A stretch of 64,000 bases of DNA from Macrostomum lignano (GCA_002269645.1 NIVC01000697.1:1-64000); one strand, 5' to 3'; positions 33,222-46,838 are shown, counted from the first letter of the stretch. Program-made: numbers and translations. Notes: generated by a model not told the origin, from the sequence alone.

Positions 33222-34562
33222 GTTGGGACGGCTGGCAGCCTGACAAACAGTGATTGATGCACTAATTCTCATCTGATATTGGACACACACTGTCTTCGCT
33301 GTACTCATTGTCATGTAGGAAATTATTAATCAACTAGTAGGGATTAATGCCTGTCACATTATGATATTGGTAGGTAGACATTATATTATGCAACCAATTT
33401 TATACGAGTACACAATCAATATGAACTAAAAATTATATAAATATATTTGAAAGAATTGCAGCGCAACTACCATTTTTTTTTCTAAACTCTAAGCATATTT
33501 CTAAGCATATAAACTGGCTAATAAAACGTTAGAGTAAATCATTTCTAAGCAATTTTATGTATAATATAACGAATTGCGAACGAAAATGGGCTGTAACTAG
33601 AAGCCAATTCCCACTCGACAGAAGAAAACTTGAAGAATCTGAAATAGAAAAAAATTGTGTCAGAACAGACTCGCCACGGTGTCCGAGAGATTATCGACAC
33701 TGCTCACAAGTTTTTCTGTTGTCCTTAGGTATTGATAGTTATAATCTCTAAAAATTCGACAATTTCTTTTTTTGAATGGCAAAAAATGCAACATTGCTAC
33801 TTAAAAAGAGTAGCTAGATCGTTATAGCCGTTAATCGAATTTTTGCGAAGGACATATACTATTTAGTTACCGACCTGCTTGACTAGGAAAAAAACAAAAT
33901 AACATGTAAAAAAGGCAAGTGTCCTCTGGTGGGCAAGTGTTTATTTCAATATTCCAACATGTACACCTGTTTACACTCCAACCAGAAGTTTTTCTCTGCA
34001 ATTTGGTTTCTGCTTGGGGTAGTAGCCAGTTCGTGTACGTACAGTTTTATAAAAAAACGTAAAATTTGCAGTTTCCTCTGCAAGCAGAGTTTCAACGCTG
34101 ACTTGCAAGTAGTCTAGGAGGAGTTATCGAACATACATACATACATACAAACAACGCTTTTAGTACAGGTGTAATATGTAGCGATGAGGGATTCGTGCAA
34201 GAAAGTTTTTACGAATCGAAAAAAATCGGTAGTCAAGTGGTTGTCGATGGGGTCGGGATCCAAACGGCTGAGAACCCAACAACGCCGGACCGCCTTATTG
34301 AGACTGGCGACTAAATGCTATTTAAACTCTACCGATAGAGCATGATGCAAGGAGAAGTATTATGCTGCTATTGTATAATACGCATGTGCTAAGCATCTAC
34401 TTATAGTAGAAGTATAAACATTTTGCGTTTAAAAATACACAGCGGAAACACAAAAATTAGGTAAGGGTTATGTTTAAGGTGTAAGAAATAGGGTTTCCGT
34501 CTACTTTAGTACTCCTTTCTTATAGCATAGCCTATAAGTACTCCTTTCAGTTGTCTCCCGGT

Positions 34563-35709
34563 CAGGGACAACTAAAACACTCGGGACGCGAAACGAGCCA
34601 AATCATGATGAAAAAGTTGGGGGCTCGTTTAAAAGCAGTGTTCTATGTGGCCATTCCAACTGCAACTCTCTCAAGTTTCAAGAAGTGTGAGGAAAAACAA
34701 CAAGCCCTCAACTCTTGTGCAAATGTAAAAAATACCATGCCAAGTTTAAACCTTTCCTTCGTGAATATCTCACGCTGGGCGCCTTCAACGGACGAGGACA
34801 GGAGGGCGAGGTCGTAGGCGTAGCCAAGCACGCTCAGGCGCTTTTCGCCGTGGCGGCGACCGATACGTCTGCGCAGCAGGAAGCCGTCGTTAGCCGAGGG
34901 GAGTACGAACCGAAGCACCCAGTCCAGCAGCAGCACGAAGAAGAACATCGTCAGCGTGCATGTCGCCCTGCAGAACTCCTGATGAAGTGTCGAACAGGTC
35001 AGACAGGCGTTTGCCGTCACCACAGCAGCTCGAGTGTTGCAAATTACAGTACAGCGCCATGACAGCGTCGATTAGCTGCTAGGGTACCCGGTAGGCTCGA
35101 AGGACAAAGGGAAGTGCGGTTCTCAACACACACCGAGTCAAACGCCTTTGGAAAAGTCAATGAAGACAATGATCAGCGTAGACTGGCGGATGCGCGCCTC
35201 CTCAATGACACGGCGGAGTGTGAGGTCTGGTCACTGTATCGCGTTGCGGCCAGAATCCGAATTCTGATCGTACCGCAGGTACGGGTTCAGCACCGACTGC
35301 AGACTGCAGTACGTGACGGTCCACTCGGTGGGCGCGGGGGCGCCTGCGAGCCACGCGGTTCATGACACACCTGTGACCTGGGAGGCCACACACAGCGGAG
35401 CCGCAGCGCTTCGACCGGGACTTCTTCGTCGGGACCGAGCGCCTTGCCGCCTGGATGTTTTTCGAGAGAACAGCACAACGTCCTCCGTGGTGACTCGGCT
35501 GGTGCAGAAGTCCTCCTCAGCTGGGAGCGGCGTGCCCAGTGGGAGAGCAAAAACTGGCAGGCAGCGGCGACGTGGGCGCGTTCATGATCACGATGCCGGC
35601 GAAGAAGTCGCGCAATTCATTCCTGCGTTCCTCCAGGGTGTCGCCGGCCAGGTTCAGCGTCGGCTGTTATTTAAAAATGACTAAAAACCGAGTGTTTTAG
35701 TTGTCCCTG
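34563..35709. mobile_element. TIR-bounded non-autonomous element (1.15 kb) enclosing a LINE fragment
   Basis: Perfect 22-bp inverted termini CAGGGACAACTAAAACACTCGG (34563-34584 and 35688-35709); no TSD recognised. Confidence 0.65.
34770..35670 (-). pseudogene. Degenerate non-LTR retrotransposon (RTE-like) reverse transcriptase fragment
   Basis: Frameshifted RT motifs in the correct order on the minus strand: GKALGPD, IVFIDFSKAFDSV, RAYRVP*QLIDAVMALY, DLFDTSSGVLQGD, VLLLDWVLR, LGYAYDLALLS (a YADD variant). Confidence 0.85.
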
Positions 35710-37133
35710 TTGACTTCATAAACAAATCGAATAGCGAGTGAGCACTGAGCATACGCAGTATGGCATTCAATACGGATAGCGAATGGCAGTTATTCACTGT
35801 GGCCAATCTAGTTGAGTAGAAATAATATTTTAATATTTTATAATAATACTGTATTTAAAGAAAATTCCCTAAAAATAAAAAGCATCATCTCGCTGGCAAG
35901 CTAAAAAGTCCGCTACTTGAAGAATACGCAGTATAACAAAGCGATTTTATAAAGCACAGACTTGATTTTTGAAAGTAGGCTAAATATTCTTTTTGTTTGT
36001 TTTTCAACAAAAAAGTGTCTTATTTCGTTTTCCTGTTTTGTTTTAGAAAAAAAACCAATCAGCTGACTGGCTTTACTCTATTGACTTCAAATTCAGTAAC
36101 TCTGATGAAATAGGTTCAGGATTCATTAAATGAAACAGAGTAGACCCGGTACCCGTAGGTGTAAGCAGTTTTAATTTAGCTAAACTTACACACTTTTTCC
36201 GTTCATAATCAATTGAATTTCTAGGATGATGAGTAAAAATTCTGTTTCTTTTGTTTTCTTTAAAAGAAAGATTTCTTTTAATCTTTTTACTTTTCGTTAG
36301 GCCTAATCTTCAGCTTGAATACCACCGCAGTATTTTAATTAAGCGTTTATTTAATGTCAAGATTGTAAGGCCAGTCAAGAGACTATGCGATTATTTTTTG
36401 GCCTAGTATAATCATAAATCGGCATGCAAATTGTATGTAAGATTTTCGAGAAACTCTTTGTGAAATTGACTTGAATTTTCTTATTTTTAAATAAACTTAT
36501 TGTTTCCATGGTCCTATGGTAGGCCTACTGGCCTAAAACAGTTCCTCTTTCGAAAGAGGAATTTCTCATTTTGAGTTGATCCTAGCCAAGAAGATTTGAA
36601 GGTGACACAGGACTTGCCAAAAAAAGTTATAAACTAACTAGCAAAAAGTTCATAACTAGAGTATAACCATGCATATTTGCCTTAGATTTATAAAACAAGA
36701 CCTAACTAAAAAAATAGACGAAATGCTTAATAGTTAGTTTAATGATTATTAATAGGCCTATATGTAATAAGTAATAAGTATAAATTCAATAGTTTATTTA
36801 ATTTATAGACAAGGATAGTTAGGGAATTATAGTTAATTATATTTCAAAGTATTAAAACTTAAAATAATTATAAGTTACTGTTTATCTAAACAATATCTAG
36901 TTAAGCTCAAAATAATAGTTTATAAATCACAGTTTTTGTAGCCTTTAAGCAAACAATTACTATATCATTAAATGATAGAACACTGATTCATTAAACACTA
37001 TGAAAGCTATCTTAAAAAATTATCTTAAAATCAATTTTATGGATTTTTTAAAGGTTATTAATATTTGCCTGCTTATAATGAAATGCTTTTCAATGCCCCC
37101 TACCGATTTTCAGTCCCCGCTAGCTGCATAGAA

Positions 37134-38527
37134 ATGACTTCGCCAGCCAGGCGTCGCCTTGTTCGCGATTTCAAGCGCCTCCAGGAGGACCCACCTGCTG
37201 GCGTATCTGGGGCCCCTAACGAGAGCAACATTCTGCATTGGAATTGCCTGATTTTCGGACCGCAGGACACGCCATTTGAGGATGGCACCTTCCAGCTGAC
37301 TATGGAGTTCAGCGACGAGTATCCCAATAAGCCGCCGCTTGTTCGCTTTGTATCGAAAATGTTTCATCCCAATGTCTACGCGGATGGCAGCATCTGTCTG
37401 GACATCCTGCAGGTTAGTATCTGGACATCCTTTACTCTTAACTCTGCCCAGTGTTCAGGCTGGGGTCTCAGCTCCACCCAGACAGCTCCGCTCCACCCAG
37501 ACAGCTCCACCGAGACAGCTCCACCCAGACAGCTCCGCTCCACCCAGACAGCTCCACCCAGACCTCAGCTCCACCCAGACCTCAGCTCCACCCAGACCTC
37601 AGCTACACCCAGACCTCAGCTACACCCAGACCTCAGCTACACCCAGACCTCAGCTCCAACCAGACCTCAGCTCCACCCAGTGATCCAGACCTCAGCTCCA
37701 CCCAGACCTCAGCTCCACCCAGACCTCAGCTCCACCCAGACCTCAGCTCCACCCAGACCTCAGCTCCACCCAGACCTCAGCTCCACCCAGACCTCAGCTC
37801 CACCCAGACCTCAGCTCCACCCAGACCTCAGCTCCACCCAGACCTCAGCTCCACCCAGACCTCAGCTCCACCCAGACAGCTCCACCCAGACCTCAGCTCC
37901 ACCCAGACCTCAGCTCCACCCAGACCTCAGCTCCACCCAGACAGCTCCACCCAGACCTCAGCTCCACCCAGACCTCAGCTCTACCCAGACCTCAGCTCCA
38001 CCCAGACCTCAGCTTCACCCAGACAGCTTCACCCAGACAGCTCCACCCAGACAGCTCCACCCAGACAGCTCCGCTCCACCCAGACAGCTCCACCCAGACC
38101 TCAGCTCCACCCAGACCTCAGCTCCACCCAGACAGCTCCACCCAGACCTCAGCTCCACCCAGACCTCAGATCCACCCAGACCTCAGCTCCACCCAGACCT
38201 CAGCTCCACCCAGACCTCAGCTCCACCCAGACCTCAGCTCCACCCAGACCTCAGCTCCACCCAGACCTCAGCTCCTCAAATGAGCCATCACACTGCGCCG
38301 ATCTGCAAATTACGTGGCATCCCTGAAAACTTGCGCAGGCCAAGTGGAGCCCCACCTATGACGTTTCCGCCGTGCTGACCTCCATCCAGTCCCTGCTGGA
38401 CGAGCCCAACCCAAACTCGCCAGCCAACAACGTGGCCGCCACTCTCTACCAGGAGAACAAGCGCGAATATGAGAAAAAGGTGCGCGCCATTGTTGAAGAG
38501 AGCTGGGAGATGGCCGAGTCCACTTGA
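37134..38527 (+). CDS. UBE2A: Ubiquitin-conjugating enzyme E2 A/B (Rad6 orthologue), 155 aa; join(37134-37412, 38339-38527)
   Basis: [38 protein letters not shown] | [43 protein letters not shown] motif and catalytic Cys present. GTTAGT/CAG intron, phase 0. Confidence 0.96.
37470..38275. repeat. Minisatellite, 18/15-bp units (CAGACCTCAGCTCCACCC)
   Basis: Fills the UBE2 intron. Confidence 0.94.
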
Positions 38528-39293
38528 TGACGGATGACACTTTGCGCGTGTTTTAATCTAACAATTGAAAAATGAGACAAAAATTCACTGGAAAAAACAT
38601 GGTAAAGTTTCAAACTTAGTTTAACAACTAAACATATATTTTTGTATAAAACAACACAGATATCTGTTGTCTCCTGTATTTTACTCTGTTTTGATTATTT
38701 TGGACTTGTCTATTCAGGAGCGAACACTGTGTACTTCCTGTGTTTTATTATTTAAAACCGTAATTTATTTTATTGTCTTACTGCGATTTCATCTTAACAC
38801 AGCTAACTTATCGCGACTGGACTACTTACAGTAGGGAATGTGCTCATATTTTTTAAAATTGCATTCTTTCAATCGATTCTTTTTTATTATCTAGCATGGT
38901 TTCCCACATTGATAAGATTAGCAATGCGTATGTAATGCATAGAATCTGCAATATGTAGGCCGTCTTTCCTGTAGTTGAAATGCTTGACCGCGGCGCTTAA
39001 CTTTAATTAATCTCTTGCTTTACCTTTGTTTTAAATCCGGCAAAGTTTCCCATTTTTTGTTTTGAACCTTTACTTAAAGTACCATCCGGCACACAGAATA
39101 TCAGATTTAAAATACACAACACCACTCTAAATAATTTAATTCGTTTATTTATTTTCATGCGGATTCTAATTTTCCAACAAGTTTTCCGCAAATTAAACCC
39201 GTTGCATTGCTTCGATTCGAGTTGGGTGGTATTTAAAATGACTGTTTTTATACTTTGTATTGCCGTATTGTTTATACTCACTGCCTTGCTGGC

Positions 39294-39672
39294 GTCTCTG
39301 GTGCTGGCGCCTCTGGTGCTGGCGCCTCTGGTGCTGGCGCCTCTGGTGCTGGCGCCTCTGGTGCTGGCGCCTCTGGTGCTGGCGCCTCTGGTGCTGGCGC
39401 CTCTGGTGCTGGCGCCTCTGGTGCTGGCGCCTCTGGTGCTGGCGCCTCTGGTGCTGGCGCCTCTGGTGCTGGCGCCTCTGGTGCTGGCGCCTCTGGTGCT
39501 GGCGCCTCTGGTGCTGGCGCCTCTGGTGCTGGCGCCTCTGGTGCTGGCGCCTCTGGTGCTGGCGCCTCTGGTGCTGGCGCCTCTGGTGCTGGCGCCTCTG
39601 GTGCTGGCGCCTCTGGTGCTGGCGCCTCTGGTGCTGGCGCCTCTGGTGCTGGCGCCTCTGGTGCTGGCGCCC
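39294..39672. repeat. Perfect 15-bp tandem array (CTGGTGCTGGCGCCT)
   Basis: About 25 invariant copies. Confidence 0.96.
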
Positions 39673-39674
39673 CT

Positions 39675-40430
39675 CCAATGGAATGGCGCCCCTCAAATCG
39701 AATGGCGTCCATCAAATGAAATAGCGCCCCTCAAAAATGAAATGGCACCCTACTCAAATGAAATGACACCCTACTCAACGTAAATGGCGCCCCTCAAAAA
39801 TTGAAATGGCACCCTACTTAAATGAAATGGCACCCTACTCAAATAAAATGGCAGCCTACTCAAATGAAATGGCACCCTACTCAAATGAAATGGCACCCTA
39901 CTCAAATGAAGTGTCACCCTACTCAAATGAAATGGCACCCTACTCAAATGAAGTGTCACCCTACTCAAATGAAATGGCACCCTACTCAAATGAAATGGCA
40001 CCCTACTCAAATGAAATGGCACCCTACTCAAATGAAATGGCACCCTACTCAAATAAAATGGCAGCCTACTCAAATGAAATGGCACCCTACTTAAATGAAA
40101 TGGCACCCTACTCAAATAAAATGGCAGCCTACTCAAATGAAATGGCACCCTACTCAAATGAAATGGCACCCTACTCAAATGAAATGGCGCCCCTCAAATG
40201 AAATGGCACCCTACTCAAATAAAATGGCACCCTACTCAAATGAAATGGCACCCTACTCAAATGAATTTCGCCCTACTCAAATGAAATGGCACCCTGCTCA
40301 AATGAAATGGCGCCTGGTCGCTTGGTCGCTTGGCTACTCAAATAAAATGGCACCCTACTCAAATAAAATGGCACCCTACTCAAATGAAATGGCGCCCTAC
40401 TCAAATGAAATGGCGCCCTACTCAAATAAA
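39675..40430. repeat. Minisatellite, 21-bp unit (AAATGAAATGGCACCCTACTC)
   Basis: Directly abuts the 15-bp array. Confidence 0.93.
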
Positions 40431-43019
40431 TGGGTATACACCCTTTTTATGCTTTCCTGCGGCTTGCAGAGTGTATGTTTTGTAAGTGATTGTGCATCCA
40501 CAAATTACAATGCAACTCGAAAGTATACAGCAAGGACCAGCAAAATTGGCATACGGTGAGAGGCATCAGAGTCGCAGAGCGAGGGCTAGGGATACAGAGT
40601 GGACGTTGCGTCATCCGTTCTGCCTGCAGTCTGTCTAACTCAGCGACTCCCCTGCAGAGAGTGATCCCATGGCGAGCTCACTGGGGGGAAGGGGTGGGAC
40701 TTGAGACCGGAACCTGCAGCTCGGCCGAGCAGCAAATGCAGGCGGTGTGAAAAGCCGAGAGAGACCGCGCGGTCTCCCGCTGGGTGGTGGGGAGGGGCTG
40801 CAGGGCCAGCGGTGGAGGCGCAAGTCGCGCCCCGAGTCTTGACTTTGTTCCCGCCGTTATCCCGCGGATGGCGTCCCGTCTGCCTGCTGTGCATTGTGAC
40901 AGCCCGCTAGGCTTGGAGAAAGAGAGGACCAGGCTCGAACAGGGACTCCTAAAAATAGAAGCTGGACTGGAAGCTCCCCATATGCATTGCATTATACACT
41001 GGCGTAAAATGGGGGTGTTTTCTATTCTAGCTTCCGGTCCAGTGGTGCTATTTTTAGAAGTCCCTGACTCGATCAAGGAGATTTGCTCACAAAGGATATA
41101 GGGCGAGTTTCAGTGAACTTCGGTTTGTATAAAACTTGGAGCTTTTTCGAGCAAGGACATCTGCGAAAAATCAAGGAATAGAAACCTTTCCAGGTACTGG
41201 TTGAAGGTCTCCTTGACTCCTTGGCCCTCGGCAGACAAACTCTGACACAGGTGGGCCAAGCACCGACCGTGGCGAGTCTCCCTAAAGCCAGTCTATATGT
41301 GCCTCGCCTGGCAAAAATAGCAGGTGCGCTGTGGGCGGGCCATTGCCAAGAGCAAAGCCGTGCATGCAATGGACATGGCGTAGATATGGACATCTAGAAT
41401 TAGCTATCTGGAATAGAAACAGACTGGCACAACAACGGATAATGGCAAACTTATCTCGTGTGTGTTATAAATTATCCAACTATGATCAGTTACTAAGAAA
41501 TGATGAAGGTCGTAAAACTTGATTTTTTATAGGGCACACTTGTGTTGAAAAAAACCAAACTACTATTCTGCCGTCTGACAGATCCATATATCTAATGAGT
41601 GATGATTTTCCTCAGTTAAAATTAACGCCCAGATTTCGTACATTAAATTTATTACGAGTAAGCGTTAAATTTATCCATCATGAGCTGCTTGGCTATGAGT
41701 TTACGAGCTCGCTTTAGTTCCGAGTCGAATATTTGTATCATCAATTTTTGTTTAAACTGTTAGACTGCTCTGCATCTTAAATAGTCACAGCTTATGGACG
41801 TTGGCCCTGTTAAATTTTAGTTTCAATAAATTTAACCTTCTGAACTTTCTGTGGGCTACTAAATTCTAAGAAGGGAATGACGCAATCTCAGGCGACTCAT
41901 GTGACTTTAATTGGATTAATTAGATTTGCACGGTGGCTATCAACCTTAGCTGGCATTCTGTATTGGGTGTTTCGCATTTTCTTAACAATTCTTTCCATTC
42001 AAAGTTTTGTTCGCCCCACACAAAAATTCAACTTGTTGAGTCGAACTCGCCCTCTGCTCAGCCTGTTCCGGGAATTCTGGGGCCTTGGCCGCATCCTAAA
42101 TCCTTGAAAACTGATCCCCTAAGGCTGTGGGCAGCAAAGCATGCATACAGAGGGATCCAGTTCAACAGGCCGCATGGCTCGGAGCCCAGTCTATGGCCAA
42201 GACCCCCTACAGACACAAAATCCGAGCTGACTTCGCGACAATCCCCCCGCCCAACACCCACAGATTCGCTTGGCTGCTCGAACACCCCCATTGCCATCCG
42301 TGCTCTCCCTCCTGCCTCTAGGAGCAGTGAAAGCTCCCCCATCGCATCTCAACTGCGGGTATCCATGGGGAGGAACTGAGAACGAAAACTTACCACCCAA
42401 AGCCCCCCCCCGGTTGTTGCTGGGCCCCCAGACCCGAGACCGAAGAGGCTGGGTGTCAACTCTCACCCATGCAGTCTATAGCCTATAGCTCTTCCCCTCG
42501 GGGAGTTCGGGCAATGGGAATAAAATAAGGGGATAATGGACAGTCGTGGAACAACAAATATCTATAAAAATCACATTTTGAGTAGCTCATTGTGAAGAGT
42601 TCCCTCATAAAGGGATTGGCGATTTTGCGCTTGGCTTAACAGAGCCAACCAGTTCCATCCACAAGTGCGAGTTTCTTAGTCAATGATTTCCTAGAACAGT
42701 GTCCTTGATATGTTTTGCCCATCTGCCCAAGGAGACTGAACACCTCGATGACACATTGAATACTATGAAACGTTTTCTTATACTGCTTTTAAAAGTTTAG
42801 CAAATGATTCTACGAAACAAGGTGTCTATGAATATTCAGTAAATAATAGCAGAAATCGCACGCACTCCTAGTTTGAAAAGTGTTCTTTCTTAGAATATAA
42901 ACGCAAGCAAAATCTTCAGTTTCAATATAAATATCAGTACCATATGCCCAAAAACAATAATTTTTAAACACTAAAAGGAAAAAGACAACTCTCTCTTCTC
43001 TGCAAAGCTTCCACTTGCT

Positions 43020-44706
43020 CTGGCACCGAAGTATCTGGCACCGAAGAAGTGTCTTGGCACCGAAGTGTTTGGTACCGAAGAAGTGTCTTGGCACCGAAGA
43101 AGTGTCTGGCACCGAAGAAGTGTCTGGCACCGAAGAAGTGTCTGGCACCGAAGAAGTGTCTGGCACCGAAGAAGTGTCTGGCACCGAAGTGTCTTGGCAC
43201 CGAAGAAGTGTCTGGCACCGAAGTGTCTGGCACCGAAGAAGTGTCTGGCACCGAAGAAGTGTCTGGCACCGAAGTGTCTGGCACCGAAGAAGTGTCTGGC
43301 ACCGAAGTGTCTTGGCACCGAAGAAGTGTCTTGGCACCGAAGTGTCTTGGCACCGAAGGTGTCTGGCACCGAAGAAGTGTCTGGCACCGAAGTGTCTTGG
43401 CACCGAAGAAGTGTCTTGGCACCGAAGTGTCTGGCACCGAAGAAGTGTCTGGCACCGAAGAAGTGTCTGGCACCGAAGTGTCTGGCACCGAAGAAGTGTC
43501 TGGCACCGAAGTGTCTTGGCACCGAAGAAGTGTCTTGGCACCGAAGTGTCTTGGCACCGAAGAAGTGTCTGGCACCGAAGAAGTGTCTGGCACCGAAGTG
43601 TCTTGGCACCGAAGTGTCTTGGCACCGAAGTGTCTTGGCACCGAAGAAGTGTCTTGACACCGAAGAAGTGTCTGGCACCGGTGTCTGGCACCGAAGAAGT
43701 GTCTGGCACCGAAGAAGTGTCTTGTCACCGAAGAAGTGTCTTGTCACCGAAGAAGTGTCTGGCACCGAAGAAGTGTCTGGCACCGAAGTGTCTTGGCACC
43801 GAAGAAGTGTCTTGACACCGAAGAAGTGTCTGGCACCGAAGAAGTGTCTTGACACCGAAGAAGTGTCTGGCACCGAAGAAGTGTCTGGCACCGAAGAAGT
43901 GTCTGGCACCGAAGTGTCTGGCACTGAAGAAGTGTCTGGCACCGAAGAAGTGTCTTGTCACCGAAGAAGTGTCTGGCACCGAAGAAGTGTCTGGCACCGA
44001 AGTGTCTTGGCACCGAAGAAGTGTCTTGACACCGAAGAAGTGTCTGGCACCGAAGAAGTGTCTTGACACCGAAGAAGTGTCTGGCACCGAAGAAGTGTCT
44101 GGCACCGAAGAAGTGTCTGGCACCGAAGTGTCTGGCACCGAAGAAGTGTCTTGGCACCGAAGTGTCTTGGCACCGAAGTGTCTTGGCACCGAAGTGTCTT
44201 GGCACCGAAGTGTCTTGGCACCGAAGTGTCTTGGCACCGAAGTGTCTTGGCACCGAAGTGTCTTGGCACCGAAGTGTCTTGGCACCGAAGTGTCTTGGCA
44301 CCGAAGTGTCTTGGCACCGAAGTGTCTTGGCACCGAAGTGTCTTGGCACCGAAGTGTCTTGGCACCGAAGTGTCTTGGCACCGAAGTGTCTTGGCACCGA
44401 AGTGTCTTGGCACCGAAGTGTCTTGGCACCGAAGTGTCTTGGCACCGAAGTGTCTTGGCACCGAAGTGTCTTGGCACCGAAGTGTCTTGGCACCGAAGTG
44501 TCTTGGCACCGAAGTGTCTTGGCACCGAAGTGTCTTGGCACCGAAGTGTCTTGGCACCGAAGTGTCTTGGCACCGAAGTGTCTTGGCACCGAAGTGTCTT
44601 GGCACCGAAGTGTCTTGGCACCGAAGTGTCTTGGCACCGAAGTGTCTTGGCACCGAAGTGTCTTGGCACCGAAGTGTCTTGGCACCGAAGTGTCTTGGCA
44701 CCGAAG
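43020..44706. repeat. Minisatellite, 15-19-bp units (GGCACCGAAG[AAG]TGTCT[T]); homogeneous 16-bp block from ~44150
   Basis: Intergenic tandem array. Confidence 0.95.
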
Positions 44707-45494
44707 TAATGCATCTGTAGAAAAGAGAGGCTCAAAAACTCTTCTGTAAAACATTTGTGTGCATTTTTCAAGCAATTTTTCTCGTTTGAAAACGCAGCTG
44801 CTCAATAATTTGCGCTCTAGAGGAGGAAAGCGATTAAAATAACGCCACAATTCTCTCCAGATAATTGCCCCTGGAGGAAATAGCGACTCTGTGTATCTGG
44901 TCCAACAGCTGATGCCATCGCTGCTAGCTTTGAGTTGGCGCCATGCAGGATATTCTGCCTATTTCTCATTTTTTTCGCTTTTCCATAGAAAAAAAAACAA
45001 ATTTTCGTCCGCATCCATGATGACGTCATTAGACAAGCGCGGAGTCGCAACTTAAGCCTGCCAGCCCTGCACAGGGTGCAAATACGGCCCGGGTCGCTAA
45101 TTCGCGCTCGAGTTTTCGCGGTCGCTAGGGCCTCGCGCGTGCATTGTTTCGCACTGTGATGCGTACAATAACCACCAACTCGCTGAGCCTTTCTCACTTG
45201 TGAGCAGTCAGGCTATTTTTATTGGAGTCCATCGATAATAGCCCAGCCCCCAGGGGTCGCAGCGGGAGTGCGAAGGCTCGTACCGGCGTTGGGGGGTTGC
45301 GGTTTCGCGCATTTTGCATCATTTTTTCTCAACTTGCAAACAGCTGCTGAATGAAAGCAAATTTTTTTTAGTTGGCTTTCGTTGCATTAAAGCATCAATC
45401 TTATGACTGTTCTCATCTACATTGCGGATGCTGATCCAGCATCCCTTCCTCATCACATTCTTATCCAATGAGCTAAGGTAAAATTAATCATTGT

Positions 45495-45968
45495 CTTCAT
45501 CTTCATCTACATCCCCCATCACCATCTGCATCCCCCATCTTCATCTACGGTCGTACATCCCCCATCGCCATCTACACCCCCCATCACCATCTACATCCCC
45601 CATCGCCATCTACACCCCCATTACCATCTACATCCCCCATCACCATCTACACCCCCCATCACCTTCTACATCCCCCATCCTCATCTACATCCCCCATCAC
45701 CAGCTACATCCCCCATCACCATCTACACCCCCATCACCATCTACATCCCCCATCACCATCTACACCCCCATCACCATCTACATCCCCCATCCTCATCAAC
45801 ACCCCCATCACCATCTACCCCCCATCCTCATCTACATCCCCCATCCTCATCTACATCCCCCATCCTCATCAACACCCCCATCACCATCTACACCCCCCAT
45901 CCTCATCTACATCCCCCATCCTCATCTACATCCCCCATCCTCATCTACATCCCCCATCCTCATCTCGA
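45495..45968. repeat. Degenerate C/A-rich minisatellite (~19 bp, CATCCCCCATCCTCATCTA)
   Basis: Upstream of Dlx-A. Confidence 0.85.
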
Positions 45969-46321
45969 TCTCCATTCACACAGTCATTCCCATTTTAGTC
46001 TCACATTAATCTCAAGTAAATAATCCCATTCCAATAATATGTGTTACTTCAAAAAGAAAACGGCCCAATGATATTGTAATGGAAAAGATCCATGAAATGA
46101 TTGCGCAATACTCTTATTACTTACAAAACAAATGCCCTTCCTTCTTGCTGCTTCTTGTTTACAGCATTGACAGCACAGCACTGTACACCACCAATGGCAA
46201 TTCTGCTGCTGGCATGTTGACATTAAGACACGAATTCGGCGCGTCTCTGCGCCGAAGAATGTGTTAAATTCCAGCAGGGCAGCACGGCAGGTTGGGGGTA
46301 GACAGAAAATCGGTCTCTCAG

Positions 46322-46457
46322 CCAATAGCAGCGGGCCTCGGCCTTGGCGCCCCAACCCCCCTCCCCCTAGCCCGGCTCAGCCGGTAGCCCAGCCGCCCAC
46401 CCTCCAATGGCGGATCGACGGGCCTCTGAATAAAAACTTGACAGCGGCAGATATAAG
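46322..46457 (+). promoter_or_regulatory. Candidate Dlx-A core promoter (CCAAT box 46322-46326; TATAAG 46452-46457)
   Basis: AGCCAATAG (NF-Y-like) and a TATA-like motif ~90 bp upstream of the ATG. Confidence 0.4.
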
Positions 46458-46543
46458 AGCTCAAAGCTTCTTTAGATTTAAGCTAAGCTAATCAACACAG
46501 TTTGACAAACACTAAGGAAGGACTCTGAGCTGCAAGCACGGAG

Positions 46544-46838
46544 ATGGAAACTTTGAAATCCGCGGCTGCCGCGGCCGCAGCAGCCGCCGCCGGTGGCCCA
46601 TATTCCCCGGAGCAGCCTGACGGTCCGGACTTCTCGCCACAGAGCGGCGGAGCCGGCGGCTACCCCGGCGGCCTGTCTGTCGCGGCGGCCTACTCCTCCG
46701 CACTCGGCCAGGGATTTCCGGCCGCCGCCAGGTCCGCCGCTCCCTACATCTCGGCTGCTCACGGCTTCGGTGGCGACCAGGCCGCTGCCGCCGCTTACTT
46801 CGCTGCCCACCACGGCTTCGGCGCTGCCAGGCCTGATG
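46544..46838 (+). CDS. Dlx: Dlx-A exon 1
   Basis: Ala/Gly-rich ORF; donor GTGAGT, phase 1. Confidence 0.85.

Noticed and set aside
37105-37133. TTTTCAG and further AGs just upstream of the UBE2 ATG as a spliced-leader trans-splice acceptor
   Set aside because: Cannot be distinguished from a 5'-UTR intron or chance without 5' cDNA reads.
37065-37133. N-terminal extension of UBE2 suggested by ORF 37065-38378
   Set aside because: It begins at a non-ATG codon; Rad6 homology starts at the ATG at 37134, and the ORF's 3' part is the intronic repeat.
40560-42520. GC-richer intergenic blocks with short ORFs (including a CYFC motif on the minus strand) as a gene or LINE 3' end
   Set aside because: No coherent exon chain or recognisable domain; possibly TE debris, but not identifiable by eye.
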